Shown here: piece by piece, positions 1 through 14,446 of the stretch
How the letters are laid out: each line of letters starts with the position of its first letter
How positions within the stretch are numbered: the first letter of the stretch is position 1
NCBI GenBank assembly: GCA_043228905.1
Contig: JBHGNT010000006.1
Span: 7,254,001-7,318,000 of the forward strand
Length of the DNA: 64,000 bases
Direction of reading: 5' to 3'
Source: Azolla caroliniana
Taxonomy: Eukaryota > Plantae > Polypodiophyta
Notes under the pieces: model-generated
Told to the model about the DNA's origin: nothing
Seen by the model: only the letters and a program-made list of their open reading frames with translations
Database searches by the model: none
Translations under genes and position numbers: made by a program

Positions 1-1
1 T

Positions 2-300
2 TTCCAGGGGTTCATAAATCAGATCAAGCTTATTATCTGGCTACAACCCCAAAGATATGCGAATGATTTTTGTCGAGTTGGCCTCGTTGGGACTCTCCTC
101 TTGGGAGCTGCACAAAGCCGGTTCGCACCTTTGGTCGAAACATCATCGCCACTTCTCGACAATTTTTCTGCTTTCCTAGAATAGTTCGAGGCGACATTTG
201 GGGATACGGATCGGCGTTGAACAAGCCTTACCAAACTTTATTCATTACATCAAGGTAAGCGCCCAGTGTTTGTTTATGCATCTGAATTTAGACAATTGGT
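2..300 (+). pseudogene. gag: Degenerate Ty3/gypsy (Tcn1-like) gag fragment
   Basis: Frame 2 reads FQGFINQIKLIIWLQPQRYANDFCRVGLVGTLLLGAAQSRFAPLVETSSPLLDNF...*FEATFGDTD..*..LHQGKRPVFVYASEFRQL. It aligns residue by residue with the intact Gag at 60938-62095 and has two in-frame stops. Confidence 0.85.
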
Positions 301-513
301 TCTTAATAATGCCATATGACTCTATTTATAGTACTGTCAGGAATACTCCTGAAGTTTCTAGAATGTTCTAGAGTAATCTGGAATATACATGAATTTTCTA
401 TAGTGAAATAGTAAATGAAAATAATATCTTTTGTATTACAATGTATGGTTTAATGGTAACACAAGGTCATGGGTTCAAATCGTTTTGGAGTCATACCATG
501 CCATATCATGACA
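294..513 (-). mobile_element. Partial (U3) LTR of a family related to element L, inverted relative to the adjacent gag fragment
   Basis: The reverse complement begins TGTCATG and matches L LTR 60439-60660, e.g. CCTGAAG.TTCTAGAATGTTC.AGAG..ATCTGGAATATACAT.AATTTTCTAT. Confidence 0.8.
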
Positions 514-641
514 AAACCTAGTTGAGCTTGATATCTGAACACCTTACAAATGAATTCCATAGTTAAGCATAGGACGGTTAAAATTTTGGTTATAATAGAA
601 TTGAGACAATCCCATAAGGACCTATGACATGTAGTGGTGTG

Positions 642-982
642 TGTCACGACTGAAGCTTCGAAGACGTTTAGTCGATTTCGAAGAAAAGAAGATAATAACA
701 AAACAAGAAGACAATAATAAAATAAGAAGGCTATAATTTGTATTACCTAGAGACCAAGATGACAAGGGTGTTGAAGACGAACGTCGAACTAGAATGAATC
801 AACACTAAGAAAATATTTCACTTACATCTCATACATGGGATCGCGCATCATCGCCACTTGGCATACATGCATGCATGCCATTTGGCGATCATCCATTGTG
901 TACATTGCCACATAACTCTAATTAATAATAATATGAAATGTATCTTTGTTGAAGGTTATAGGTTCAAATCTTGATATTGACA
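642..982 (-). mobile_element. Degenerate solo-LTR-like element
   Basis: TGTCA...TGACA termini. Shares GCCATTTGGCG in CATG-rich context with solo LTRs D and E, and has a B-box-like GGTTCAAATC near the end. No TSD seen. Confidence 0.45.
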
Positions 983-1104
983 TTTCGTTATAGTTTGGGA
1001 GCCTTGGGTGTTGGTTTATATAAAACTAAGTTGAGTGTCAATAGCTCTAAAATAAGGATTATGCATGTGAAGAGCCAAAATAAGGATAAATAATGAGCCA
1101 CTTG

Positions 1105-1400
1105 AGACTATAAAACTTTAAATACCTTGGACTTGAAGTTCCCTCAAATAATTGATAAAATGAATGTGCTACCTATTGCTTAGAGGCAATAAAGAAAACA
1201 TATAATGCATTTGCGAATACAAGCAATGGCGAATTTTGGGTCCTCAAGAAATATTTTCAACACGTTGAAGACAACAATGCTTCTCTATGGGATGGAAGCA
1301 TCTCCACTTGAAAAGACTTTGAAAATGTCCACATGCATTCTCTTATTTAAAAGTTTCTTCAAATAAAAAAATCAACGCATATACCCTCCTCCTATTAAAA
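1105..1400 (+). pseudogene. Degenerate non-LTR (LINE) reverse transcriptase C-terminal remnant
   Basis: Broken translation gives KYLGLEVPSN...GEFWVLKKYF...LLYGME, resembling the KYLG and LLYG.E motifs of LINE RT. Many frameshifts and stops. Confidence 0.4.
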
Positions 1401-3717
1401 ATATTGAGATCACTTCTATTAAAAGTATCGAGAGACAACTATATAGGCATATAGAGTTACACACAGAGGTATATATGTGAAAACAAAATTTCTATTACAT
1501 ATGAGAGTAGCTCACGATGTTAGTCTTGCCAATTGCTCGTGCACCTTAGAGCTTAGATTGGATATAGACTAGTTTTATTAAGTCCGTGGACACAGACAAT
1601 AACACAATAATAGAACAATTTTGTAAGAGAAAGAGAGTGGATATTTATATTCTCCATTTGGTTTTCTTGTCACATTAAATGTCTAAGGCAGTTGGTAGTA
1701 GTGGGGATACTCCTTTTATGTCAATTGACGTATCATTTAATATGACTAGTTCCCTAGATACAAGCTAGTGCTAGATAGTACTTACCTTAAAGTCAGTGGC
1801 ACCTACTTTAAGACTAAGCACATCTTAACTTGCCATGAAAGAATATTCTTCTAATCAACCTAAATAGTCATCCCATTACCCCGCTTCCCTCTCTCTTAAA
1901 TACATTCTGTCCTACTCAACTACAGTTTGGAAAATGGGATGAAATACACTTGCTTCATGATGCATTTATAGATTTTTATGAATGAGGCATTTTTTCTATA
2001 TCAATATAATCTGGATAGGAAACATGTGGAGGCTCACTCAACTCACACTTCACTACATTATATTACATACGTTGAACCTAATTGGAAAACTATATTCTTT
2101 TCTAAACAAGTTTGGGAGTCTGAGCATCATACTTTAACATAATGCTTTGCCTTTGACCACGTTGGAGCAATCTTTCTGTTATGTACACCTAACGTAAGTG
2201 AGGGTAGGTCAATAATATTTACATAAGCGAAGAGTATGTTCACTAATGTTAAAAAGGGGACTAATGTGATTGGATAGAAGGAATGATAGGTGCATGCACT
2301 ATCATGATTTGGACAACCAATGAATGGAGAGCCTTTTAGAAAGGCACATCTATTCAAGGGGCCTAGGAAAAGGTATAAATATGAGGCTTAGCTACCCTCA
2401 GAAACACATCACGTTGGAAGGCTGTTGTCTTAGACACCGGTGGTGCGGGCTAGGCTTTCGTCTCGACGATCGTGTTTATCTCTTCCAAGGTATTAGTCAT
2501 CCTAATATATGGCGGTATGGGACATCAGTGGTAGGTTGGTTATGTCTAGATCATAACTTGGGGGTGGTCAGGTGGAACGAGTTCTTCTATCCAATCTATT
2601 TTCCTTCTTTTACTTTAGTTTGATCTATTGATTAGTAATAGACTCTTAACACTTTCCACACATCTTTGACTAGAAGACCTAATCCATGCATAAATTTTCT
2701 CACAATCACAATGTGCACTCTCAATTTCAACATTAGTTAGTGAAGTGCTTGAAAATTGAGAGTCACTTCCCACTTTGGATGCATAGATTACATGAAAAAG
2801 TTATATTTTTTGTCTCATAGGTCATATCTACCCTCTGAGGTCTATAATAAAATCTATATATCGTGGACACGTGCGCGCGCACACACACACACACACACAA
2901 TCTTCTATTTTTTCTCTATTACATACATACATACTTGATCCTTGGTAGACCTGCATACTTCTAGTCCTTTACATACGTGCCTCTCAAAAACCTCTCTAGA
3001 ATGACCTCATGTGGGTGAGTTGTACACTTGCAAATGCAATGGTTTTAAGGCTACACTAATGCCAATCTTAGGCATATCTCCTATAATATACAAACTATTT
3101 GTTTTACATGATAGTTTTTATTATGTGTGGATGATAGTGTGATTATAAGGTGAACACATTGAATTATTGTACTCACATGAATATCCCTTGTTAGGTTTGC
3201 ATGTGTGTATCAAGAAACAAACACATTGATTCCTTTATCATATTTTTGCTAAAAGCCAATGTTTTTGTTGTGGTAATAAAATGAATAACTGTCTTGGAAT
3301 TTTGTATAGCTCTCCAAAAATTGTATTTGGCTAGTATTATATTCTACATTGAAGCAGATGAAAGGGCCAACTCCATTAGGTCAGAAGTTGTATGCCACTA
3401 GTTGTAGTGTTGATCGCACGTACAAACATTGTGTAATGCTACGTTCTAACTCCCGTTTGTTGCGCTTGCCAAACTTTATCAATGTTGCTTGTATGTACGA
3501 TTCCATATCAAAATTTTACTGGTTTCATTCTAACAAATGATGTCCAAGTTAACATTAAACAAGCCATTTTGATTAAGGATAATGAGAAAATCACAAGATT
3601 TAGTTAACAACATTGAATACAAAGTTGCAACAACATCAAATACAAAGTTACAACAAGAAGAAGGTTGGGATAATTGAACACATTAGGAAAGTTTCCAGAA
3701 ATGATAAGACACTACTA

Positions 3718-6119
3718 TTAAAAGAACTCAGGTTTAGTGAAGTTGTAGTTGAAGGACCAATGCTCGAAGGAGCCCTTGATAAAGTCAAAGTAGGCACCAT
3801 GGAGTGCAAGCTTCTTGCTTTGAACTGCTTCCTTAACAAAGGGATATGTCAAGGCATTCCACAATGATGCTTTCACCGATTCCTTCAACATGCATACATT
3901 ATCCAAGTTAGATTCCCACCCTCTCCCCTACCCCCTCCCCCAGCACCTTTTTCTCAATAACCGCCGAGATTTGAACTCGCGTCCAAATTACACTTATTGT
4001 CAGACACTTATTACACTAATTGTCAGACTCTATAAAATCCTAGAAAAACAGAATTTCCTTACCTTCGCACAAATTTCCCAGTGCTCATCAAATGGCTTGT
4101 CCTCTGGAACCTCATTCTTTGTTTGTTTTGCTGCACTCTTTGCTACCAAGATCCAATCTTCAATATGGTCACTGCCAGTAGTACAAGCATTAATAATTCC
4201 ATTGATTACAAAATGAATCATTTATTTGTGTTGTTGAGTTTCTATTGCCCTTAGTAGTCAATGGTAAGTTAAGTGAATTTAAATACAAGCTTACATTTGC
4301 CGATGAAAATTTTGTGCATTTTCTTATTGAAAGTAACATTTAAGCTTTAATAGGTTTACAAGAGTTACACATCATCGTCACTAAACCTGAGTGACGTTGC
4401 ATCACATTTTCCTATGTCCATGTTGCTAATGGTCGTAAAGCCATGTCCCTAGTTTGGGTTTCTAATTTTGTGAATCATAGCGGGGCTATACAACACAATG
4501 TTGTGTTTGGCATGCCGAATATCTTCATTAGCCAATCACTTTATATACATATTTATGATAAATGTTCACCTGAATTTGTTAGATCCATCTTCCTTCAAGC
4601 GAAGTAGAGCATTTATTCCACCACATCGGCTGTGCCCAATCACGATAAGATGCTCTACCTTAATTGTTACAATAATGACTAGCATTTATTAGTAGGAAAA
4701 TCTTTTAGAATGTTCATTAGGACGAAAATTTCCTCATAGCCCCCATCATCTACTTAGTGTGCGACAAACAACACACATTATTGTAGGGAGGTGCTACTGA
4801 TTTGTACCTTGAGATGGAGAATGGCATATTCCATGGCTGCGGCGACGGATATATGATTACTCTACATGTGCCAATCAATTAATGTTTTAGAAACAAGTAC
4901 AGTGAGAGACGAATCAATGAACATTATAACCGCGTCGAATTCGAAGATTTGTAATTATACATGTTTGGGATGGATTAAGTTGGCCACGTTGCGCAATATG
5001 AACGCTTCTCCGAACCCTAAGCCTAGGGTGAGAGCTTGGTCGACCCTCGAGTCCACGCATCCGACTATCATGATCTTTTTTTTAAGGACGAAACGCATGG
5101 GGAAGGGGCACGGCGAAAAAGCAAAAAAAGGCAACATTTCAGAAAAAAGCTAAGGAGGTCAAAGATACCATAGGAACTAAAAGAGAACCAAAAAAAACAA
5201 AGAATGCAAAATCCAAGAGCAAGATCTTGTGGTGGGTCTTGCTCGAGACGCCACGTGGCGCCTTCTCATTCTTCCACGTGGCATGCATGTGGGCTCCTCC
5301 CAGCAAGAAGTAAATGATACCTTTGGGTGCTGTGATTTTGCAAGGGACTCGAACAAGGCATGCTCCTTCCTGCAATAAAATCAGGGATTTATTCTCAAGA
5401 AATCCATTGATTTGATAATAAATAAATAAAATTTAAAAATAATGAAAAACAGTTTACAGGTGAATAAAGAAAACACAGTTGAAAATCAACAGAAGTTTTT
5501 AAATCTGTTTGCAGATATTAAGCATTTGATTTGTGGAAAGGAAGGTGTCATTAAATAAAACTATATGTCATTAAATAGAATTATAAACAAATAAAAGGCA
5601 ATTAAATGTGGAATTAAAAACTAAAAATGTTATTACTTGAAATAGATCTTGAAATCCTGGAAACCTTCTCTGATTTTCTGGATAGGATCAGGGATGCTAG
5701 GGTTGGGTGCATAAATGGTGTGGATTGCTTTATACTTGTCATCAGTAACAGCAGCAGTAGTAGTGAGTTGCAGCTGCTGTAATTGTTTCGTGAGGTCTTC
5801 AATACTTTTGGTAACCCCGGATTCGAGCTCTGGCCGATCCCTGAGAAACCAACAAAGAGGTTTAACCTAATTTCCTGCAAGAATAGGTTTGATGAATTGC
5901 CACTGTTTGCATTCTATAATTAAACTACGAATCAATTAATAACAACAAGAAGAACAAAATGCAGAAATATCAGGTACAAATTAGGTCCTGATCGCCATTT
6001 GTTATGTATATTAAGCTTAGCTATAATAATAATCACTTCAAAAACAGGATTTTAGGTTTACAAATTACGTACTTGACTAGCGCATTGAGGGATCTGATGG
6101 CTTCCTCCAAAGTGGCCAT
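3718..6119 (-). CDS. BCA: Beta-carbonic anhydrase, 8 coding exons, 276 aa, no transit peptide in the visible exons
   Basis: Exons 6119-6073, 5840-5637, 5369-5321, 5074-4961, 4861-4808, 4658-4570, 4171-4063 and 3882-3718 are all GT-AG with consistent phases (831 nt). Protein MATLEEAIRSLNALVKDRPE...DPIQKIREGFQDFK...LAKSQHPKIMIVGCVDSRV...GEAFILRNVAN...[29 protein letters not shown]...IEDW...LTYPFV...LHGAYFDF. Zn ligands (C-x-D-x-R; H-x2-C) are intact. Confidence 0.95.
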
Positions 6120-7739
6120 TGGAATTCCTTTGAATTCTCTGATTTCAAAACCAGTCAACAAATACAAGCAAAATAATAAAAAAGCTTTTGAGACATGAGC
6201 AAAAATAGGGAATAACAATAACATTGTCATTAGCTAGTTTTAGAATCGACGCTACAGTTTCCTTTATTTACTCATTTGTTTGTTTATTATTGATGATAAT
6301 AAATTATAATAACATTAGAAGTAATACTGGGTGCAAAAGTATTATGTATTGATGCATTTTGTTCTCTCTCTTTTTTTTATGTCCCTAGGCTCGCATATGG
6401 AGGCTATCCCATGATACGTATGTATGATCGATCATCCGGCACTTTGTATGGCTGCATTGAAGTTGCGGACAGATTATTGAGACTTCATTTTATGAATATT
6501 TGCATTTGGCACTAACATCCCTAGTAGCACCATCCCACATCAGTCTACACTTTATGGCAACACTAAAAACCTTGTGCACACGGGGATTGTCCTCGCCCAA
6601 ATACTATCTCCAATTTGTACTTGTAGTTGGACGTATTGGACAAATATTATATGTTTCTCTTATAAAACTCAGTTAATCATGGGCATGGTCAACTACATGG
6701 GGACAAACTCCATTTCCAAGCTCAACCTTGCACATAGTCTACATGGTGCATGTTGGTCATGCATTTCCAACATTGACCTGAATCTCCATAGGCTACTAGT
6801 TGTCGTCACTTTTCCAACAACCTCAATGATCATGAGATGATGATTGGAGATTACTGACTAAATTGTTGAAATCAGGATCCAAGCTATGAGACTTAGAGTG
6901 TGAATTAGATTATAAAATGTCACAAGATGTAACCAACTACTTAAAACATGCAAACTATTGGAATTTGGAAAGCTTCTCTGCCTAAAGATCAAGCTCGTGA
7001 ACACTTCGATCTAGGAAGCAATTCACAAGAACATTATGTTTGCCTAAAGGTAGGCTATTATAATGTGATCTTTATATAATAGGGAGGCGAAATGCTTCCA
7101 ATAATGGGTGTGTGTAACTTTTGGATGCTAATATTCGGCTAATTGTAAGTATTAGCATCTATATGTAACCATCAACTATTTACTTTGGAAAACTTTCAGA
7201 ACCAACATACAAAAAGTTATCAAGATTAAAAATAGTGCATAATATTGTAGACCATATAATCTTAATGTTGTAAATTGTAATGATAACAAATAGTTGTTTG
7301 TTCTTAGTTGTATTACTTATACTTTGTCTCACAAGTGCAAGCACTAAATAATTTGAGGGATTAAGGTCCTTACAGGGGTTTGCTAATATACTATTGCAAG
7401 GGTTAATTGATATATTTCAGATGTGCAGAAGTGTGCACTTAAATAGTTGATATCCGTAGTTTGGATATCGCTTAATGTAAGAATGTGTGTGGCTCAAAAT
7501 CATTTGTTATAAATTTAACAAATGGGCAACTAGTTCGCATGTCTCGCGACTCTCCTTGCCATGTAAAGCTAGGTCTCCATCCTCCTAGCACTAGTTTTGT
7601 TAAATTTCTCTAATATTAAAAAGTATTGCATTTCTCATCCATTGAACATAGACAATTATTGAGTTGACCCTACTTCACGTGGCTATACACTGAACCTAGA
7701 CCACGCTTTAAGTGGTGTGATATTAGGTTGAACCTATAC

Positions 7740-9615
7740 CATTCTTTAGTATTTGCCGAAGAATTGTAACCTTTGTTGATGCGGCTACACATTGAACCTA
7801 TCTACCCCTTTGTTGTACTTAGTGTACTAGAAATGTGCCCCACAAAATAGTATGTGATATTAATTTGGCATATGTTAGATCCACATTGTGAATGTCCCAA
7901 CATCATGATATTTTACCTTTAAATTCAACCTACTTTACGTTGTAGTTACTTTCCTTCAATGGCACCTAGCATTGAGCCATCAAAATTGTAAATTACCACA
8001 TTTTCTTAATTCGGAACACAAATTTGTAAATTATAATAGTTTGATTGGAAGCATGACATTTTCATCATCATATTAAGCAAAATGAACCTTCGAGATAGAT
8101 TGTTCCTTATTCGATTACCCATCATACTTTGTTTTCAACATCTTTGAGGTAAACAAAGATGGGAGGGAGAGCTATATACAATTTCCATTCTTGGTAAAAA
8201 TTGATATTGTATTAGGTTAGTGTGAATGGTACTCAATATATACTATCAAGTTTTCAACTTGATTTGTAATATATATTGATCCACTTTCCCCTCCAAGGCT
8301 CGAATGTTTATGGCATTTTATATGAATCATGTATACACAAAACAATTTTCTTAGTCATCTTTTGACCTAAGCATATGCATCTAATGTGATGATCAATAAA
8401 AGTTGGGAGGATGTATCAAGATGTGAAAGCAAAATAAAACAAGGGAGAGCATGAATCATATTTTTTATCAACAATAGACAACACGAGTGCGCATATACGT
8501 AAAATGGTAATGCGATCAAGTATAGAAAAGGGAGACATGCCATGCCCTATATACATATGTGTGTGTGTATTTGATTACCAAATTCAACTTCGACCTCTTA
8601 AAAATGTCTTCATGTTTAGATAAGAAATGCTAATGTCATACATTGCATGATGTATTCCTACAATTATTTTGTTAATATTCATGCATGCCCCTCGCCGCTC
8701 CTTAATAAGCATACCAACATGATCAATCCCTATGTATGATGAAAACTAGAGCTAATTTTGTTTTCAAACTCATCAATCTTGCATATTATGATGGGCATGT
8801 TTTTTAGAATATACAATCGCATTGTTTTCTATCACTCTCATCCCCTTCCCCCTTTTTAACCTCTCTTAAAATTTTGCTCTTGTTTATTTTATTTTCTTTA
8901 TCATTAGCTCAAGTTGGGACTCTGAGGCCTTGTCCCAACTTTGCTTTTGCCTTCGTGTCATCGCCCCACCTTTGATCATGGGTCTTTGGGTCTATCCCAA
9001 CTCGTTTTGGGACTGTTGGGGTTTGTCCTGACTCATTTTGGGATCTCCTTCTAGTTGGGACTGTTTTAGTGCACCACACTGTAGAACATTCTTTAGTATT
9101 TTTCCAAGAATTATATGCACCTTAGTTCATGTGGTTACACCTTGAACCCTAACCATCCTTTTGTTCTACTTAGTGTACTAGAATTGTGCCCCACAGGGGA
9201 TATATAATAATTTGACACATGTTAGATCCACAATGTGAATGCCCTTGTGGTTACACCTTGAACCCTAACCATCCTTTTGTTCTACTTAGTGTACTAGAAT
9301 TGTGCCCCACAGGGGATATATAATAATTTGACACATGTTAGATCCACAATGTGAATGCCCTTGTATCATGATCCATACTATTTTATCTTTAAATTCTCAC
9401 CATTTTACACTGTAGTGTGTCTTTCCTTCAATGCAACACTCCATTGAGCTATCATAATAGTAAATTGACACGTTTTCCTCATTTGGGACACGAGAATGTA
9501 CATTATGTTTATTTAATTGGAAGTGTCACATTTTTCCCATTAACATATGGCAAGAAGAACCTGGGAGATAGATTGTTCCTTATTCAATTACATATTATAC
9601 CTTGCTATCAACACC
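7740..9615 (+). repeat. Two diverged direct copies (~7740-8143 and ~9087-9615) of an unidentified ~400-bp repeat; the second contains a 116-bp tandem duplication (9130-9364)
   Basis: Shared blocks CATTCTTTAGTATTT, TACTTAGTGTACTAGAA.TGTGCCCCACA, TGTTAGATCCACA.TGTGAATG and GAGATAGATTGTTCCTTATTC occur in the same order in both copies. Confidence 0.8.
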
Positions 9616-11639
9616 CCTACGTAAAGAGATGAGAATTTGTTCTTCTCGATTTTCTTTTCTTTTGTGGAATATCGTTTATAACCATCTTGGACATCATTGT
9701 AATTTGTAGATAATTTATGCTTCATTACTACTATGTATGTTATGTAGATGTTAGACATGCACAATCTATTGTATTGTATATAGATTTAGTATTTATTTGT
9801 TTAGGTTATCGGATGTGTTTTATATACACCTAAAGCCACTATATCCTAGTTTCTATTTTCCAAGTCTTCCGATATTTGAATATCAAAAACTTGTTTTCTT
9901 TAACTCAAATGTCAAACGAATATATATAATGTCCACTATAGCTTTACATTTAGTTTTATTGATCGTCTATTTATTAAAATCCAATCTAACAATGCTTTAC
10001 ACTATTAGAATATTATTGTGAGAGACATATTTATGTAGTAAAAAGTATCATTGTGATCTAAATGAAACAATTGGGTTGCCACCATACAGAACATGTAAAA
10101 AATACATATAAAAGAAGCACATACGAAGTACTTTAGATGTGATGAGTGGGTGTATTCTCTTATATGTAGGGAAGGGTTTCAAAGGGTTCCATTTGAAGGG
10201 TTAGAAAATCAAATAGGAAAGGATTCTCGAACATAAAGGGGTATATGCATAAGTTGAATTGTAGGCTCTTAAGCATTTTGTGTGTTTGGGTATCATTCAA
10301 AGGATCATATGTGGATTGTGCATGAGAAATATTGTAGTTTTATTTTCCTTGTAGTGGGGTTGGGGTTATAGTCGGGTGGATCAATCATAAATATGTAACC
10401 ATAGCACGTGTAGCAATTATCTTCAAACATTTTCTTTAAATTAAAATCTAGAATGCATGTGTAACTAGGGATCAATTTCAAGATGGAATATTGAAAATAT
10501 AAATATATGACCAACATGCACTTGAGGTTTATGACTTTGCCAAGTTACCAATAGATTTCTGAAAACAAATATGTATTTATATTTTTCTATCAAGTTTAAT
10601 ATGCAAGTCGATTACTAGTCATAGACATAAATGAAATGAAAACATATCCTCAATCATCAAGTACTACAATATTGTTTTTATATTTTTGAATGTCTTGGAG
10701 TAAAGGTCCTAATAACATTACATAACATTGAATTATGACTACTTCTCATTGCTAATGACAAAAAGAATGTATCCGACAACATCAAGTCATACAATATTAT
10801 TTCTTTGGTCTTGGATGAACAAAATGAACTTCATAACGTTACGGTAAGTTTTTGATAACTAAGCAGAAGCCCAATATACAATCTTTTCATGCACATAAGG
10901 TTACTATTTATCAATGTACATGAAAAGAAAACACACCCTATCATAAAGTTGTAGAATTTATTTATTTTTTCTGAGAAAAAATTACTTCCCATTAGTTAGG
11001 TGAATCATATATACAAATCAGTCTATTTACACTCTAAGTATCCATAGATACTCGACTATTTATAGGTCGCTTTCATATATTTAGCTATCATTGTGTGACA
11101 CCTTAGATAAAAAAAGGTGGGGCAATCGTTGTCCCTATAACATCAAACGTATACATGACACACCCTATCATAAAGTTGTAGAATTTTTTTTATGTTCCCG
11201 AATATGCTGAATGAGCTTGATGTATCGGGGCAAAGATTAATGTAACCAATGGAGCCTAGAAGAAGCATTATGGTTTCACACACACAAGATGACTACTTAT
11301 GGTTGTGAATGAAAAGAAATTGTATCCTATGTCATGGGGTATACAATCGCATTAGGGTAAATGCCATCATAATCAAATAGAGCCTAGTAGGAGCACAATT
11401 CATTTATGCGGTGTTGGAAAACTTTGGAAAAACAAAATGGTGTACACTAATTTGGAATAGATAATGTGTGTGTATTTTAACATTCTCACTCTCAATAATG
11501 AAGTTAAACATGTTTCTCACAAAATTGTCAAATCAAGTTTTTTTTTTCTAAAAACAAAACTCCTTCCATTAGTTATAAAATTTTACCATTGTGAATGTTA
11601 TATGCAAACCCCAGAAGGGACTCAATAATTCCATCTTAT

Positions 11640-12620
11640 GTGGAGGTTCACTAACTCGAGAAAGGAAGAGGACAGCCATTGTTGGATGAAGGCTAATCAT
11701 TGTCTTTCGGATCCACTTGTGATGCCATCGTATTGGCTTTATAGTGTGGCTACAACTTCACTCCATATCTCCTGCAATACAATCGTCTGGTGCACGGTTT
11801 GATTGGAGAAGACCTGCCTACAACGTTGTTTCTAAAGAGTCCATAGTGTTATTAAGCCGACCAATTTAGCACGACTTGATCTTTGGCATTGATGGGGGTT
11901 GACTAAACATTGTCAGTGGTGGAAAATGTGATTTCTTGTGGCTTTATCACCAATGTTATCCCCTCCTTCTAATGTGTGTATTTATCAATTGGGGCTTGCC
12001 ATGATAATCAACATAGATTACCCCACTTAAATGTGCCTTGCATCTTGCATAATTGCAATAGTTAGCCAACCCTCCTCCATATTCGACGATTCCTTGGGCA
12101 ATCTCATAGAGCTTGTTGGATTTATTCTATTTCATTGGGGCACACTACACATTTAAGAGAGCAAAGGGTCTCGCTCTGCCACGCTCCAACCGACGGTGAT
12201 TTATGTATTAATAGCCATAAAAACGTAGTAATTCACCTAGCTTGTTGCTATCTTAATAGTTGTTGCCAAAACTTGGCAATACTCGTATGGGGAACATGAT
12301 ATGTGTGCCATATCTTTGCAGTTGTTGGTTCTCTGTCAGTTTGAGCAACTGGGATGTGGTGACCCAATCTGGTCATGAATTGGAAGAAGGGATGACTTTG
12401 CTTCCTTGTCCCACATAAGGATCATGCCACGTCCATTGCAAAGGGTACCAACTGACCTTACGTAGCCATGTGTTTCATGAACACATATGTGCCATTTTGG
12501 CTGTACTTTGATCAGGTTGGGATCTACAATCCACATACTACTTGTATACACGAGCGCTCAAATAGCCATGTTCACTGTTGTTGGTTCGTCATTACCTTGT
12601 AGCTCATGGCCTAATTTAAA
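11640..12620 (-). pseudogene. Degenerate L1-type LINE ORF2 3' end (zf-RVT-like region)
   Basis: Minus-strand fragments VLWLLIHK..VGAW...C..C...ALWDCPRNRRIWRRV-like and LITLWTL*KQRCRQVFSNQ resemble the C-terminus of plant LINE ORF2. Confidence 0.5.
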
Positions 12621-13210
12621 ATTAAATTCTTTTGTAATTTCTATTTCTTTCTTTCCTTATGGAAATAAGAAAATTGTTCCCCACTATGGTCCATATGTTT
12701 CTATGTCCAAGTCACTTTGTTTTTCAAAATTCAATGACTTGATAAAATCCATTACAAATAGTGAATAGCACTCATAGTTCATTTATCATGATGTAGAACA
12801 AATAGGGCAAGATTGCATCATGGGATAAGTCATAATTCATAGCACAGTTCCCATGTGTCCTCAAAGGACATCATGAGGCCTCAATGGACACAACTCATGT
12901 CTCTTGAAAACTCCTTGACTATGCCACACCAAGCCTCTATGAATGATGATGTTGTATTTTATAACACAAACATAATTAGGTGTCACAAAGTGTGATCACA
13001 TTCATATGAATGTATAAGTTGCGATTTGAAGGGAATTATATAAATGAGTTATATATTGGCCCTAAAACTCTAGAAGCGAAACAAAACGTAGAGGATGCAT
13101 AAGTGTGCATCACAAAAGAAGTTGATTAGGATGATCAATTCACTTGAGTGGTTGATAAAGTTTTCTTTTTGCTACATATTGCTTTCTACATACATATCCA
13201 AATATTCACG

Positions 13211-13217
<7 letters not shown>

Positions 13218-13268
<51 letters not shown>
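13218..13268. repeat. (CA)n microsatellite
   Basis: Direct inspection. Confidence 0.95.
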
Positions 13269-13271
<3 letters not shown>

Positions 13272-14166
13272 GAGCATCTAACAACAATATCTAATTGAGA
13301 ATTGCTCTTACAAACAACATTTAATAATAATTCTCAAAACAATATCTAAGAATAATTATGATAACAGGATCTCTAAATAGGCCAACATAACTTGGTAGTC
13401 AAAGCATCAAAATTGTGAATTTGAAAATACAAGTTCAAATGTTGGCACTAGCCAATTGAGGAGAAACCAAAAACTCTAAACACTTGTAAATCGGCAAATA
13501 ACGACATTTGAGCCCATGTTTTCAAAGCTTATTGTACTCTATAATCAAATGTTGGTACTCATGAATCAAGGCATATGTTAAGGTGCAACACTTGTGAACG
13601 CGTTTGTCCACAGGTTTCGATAACCAATCGATCCATTTGTTTATAACAACACATCTTTTCATAAGCTAGGCTCTCACATGAAGGTTCACGATCTCTTAAA
13701 CTCGTGGCTGATATTAAGCTTCATTGATTAGGTCGAGGATTATTACTTTTGATATTTCGACTACCAGAATTAGGGGTGGTGAGCAATTAGGGTGCGTGAG
13801 AACGAGCAGGTGTGTGGGGATATGAAGATTCATGCATGCATGGTTGGCAGGTGGCGAAATTGCATGTTATGGATGAGAAGGCGGCCTCATGCAATGGTGT
13901 CCCCGGACAACACCGAATTCCGGATGGGAAGATGTTCGTGGGCATTGTGTGTGTGTCCGCGGGCAACAACGAACTTTGGGACGAGATGAGGATCATTGGC
14001 ATTGTATTGTATGTGTGTGTCTCCCCACACAACATTTCATTGTCTTGAGAGAGGCTAGGCTAGTCTATTATTATTCACAATAGGAAGAAACTCATTATAC
14101 ATACATTATGTATTACAATTTACATACATACATTATTACATACATATGTACATACAGAGAGAGAGA

Positions 14167-14220
<54 letters not shown>

Positions 14221-14224
14221 TGGC

Positions 14225-14357
14225 ATGGCGAAACAGAGCAAGTCCAGGATGGGACTCTTGTGGAAGGACTACTTCAGAGATCCTTCTCTTTGGTACGACA
14301 ATCGAAACACAAAGGTAATTGGGATTACTCTTTGTATTCAGTTTTCTCTATGTGCTT

Positions 14358-14446
<89 letters not shown>

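Noticed and set aside
10931-11186. 29-bp direct repeat ACACACCCTATCATAAAGTTGTAGAATTT flanking ~200 bp
   Set aside because: Could be a long TSD or a local duplication, but the enclosed sequence has no element hallmarks.
13380-13458. tRNA-His-like sequence
   Set aside because: It has a TTGTGAA loop and GTTCAAAT, but the stems do not form a cloverleaf. At most a decayed SINE or pseudogene.
13787-14083. Overlapping short ORFs upstream of the PPR gene
   Set aside because: No recognisable domain or splice support; likely promoter or UTR sequence.
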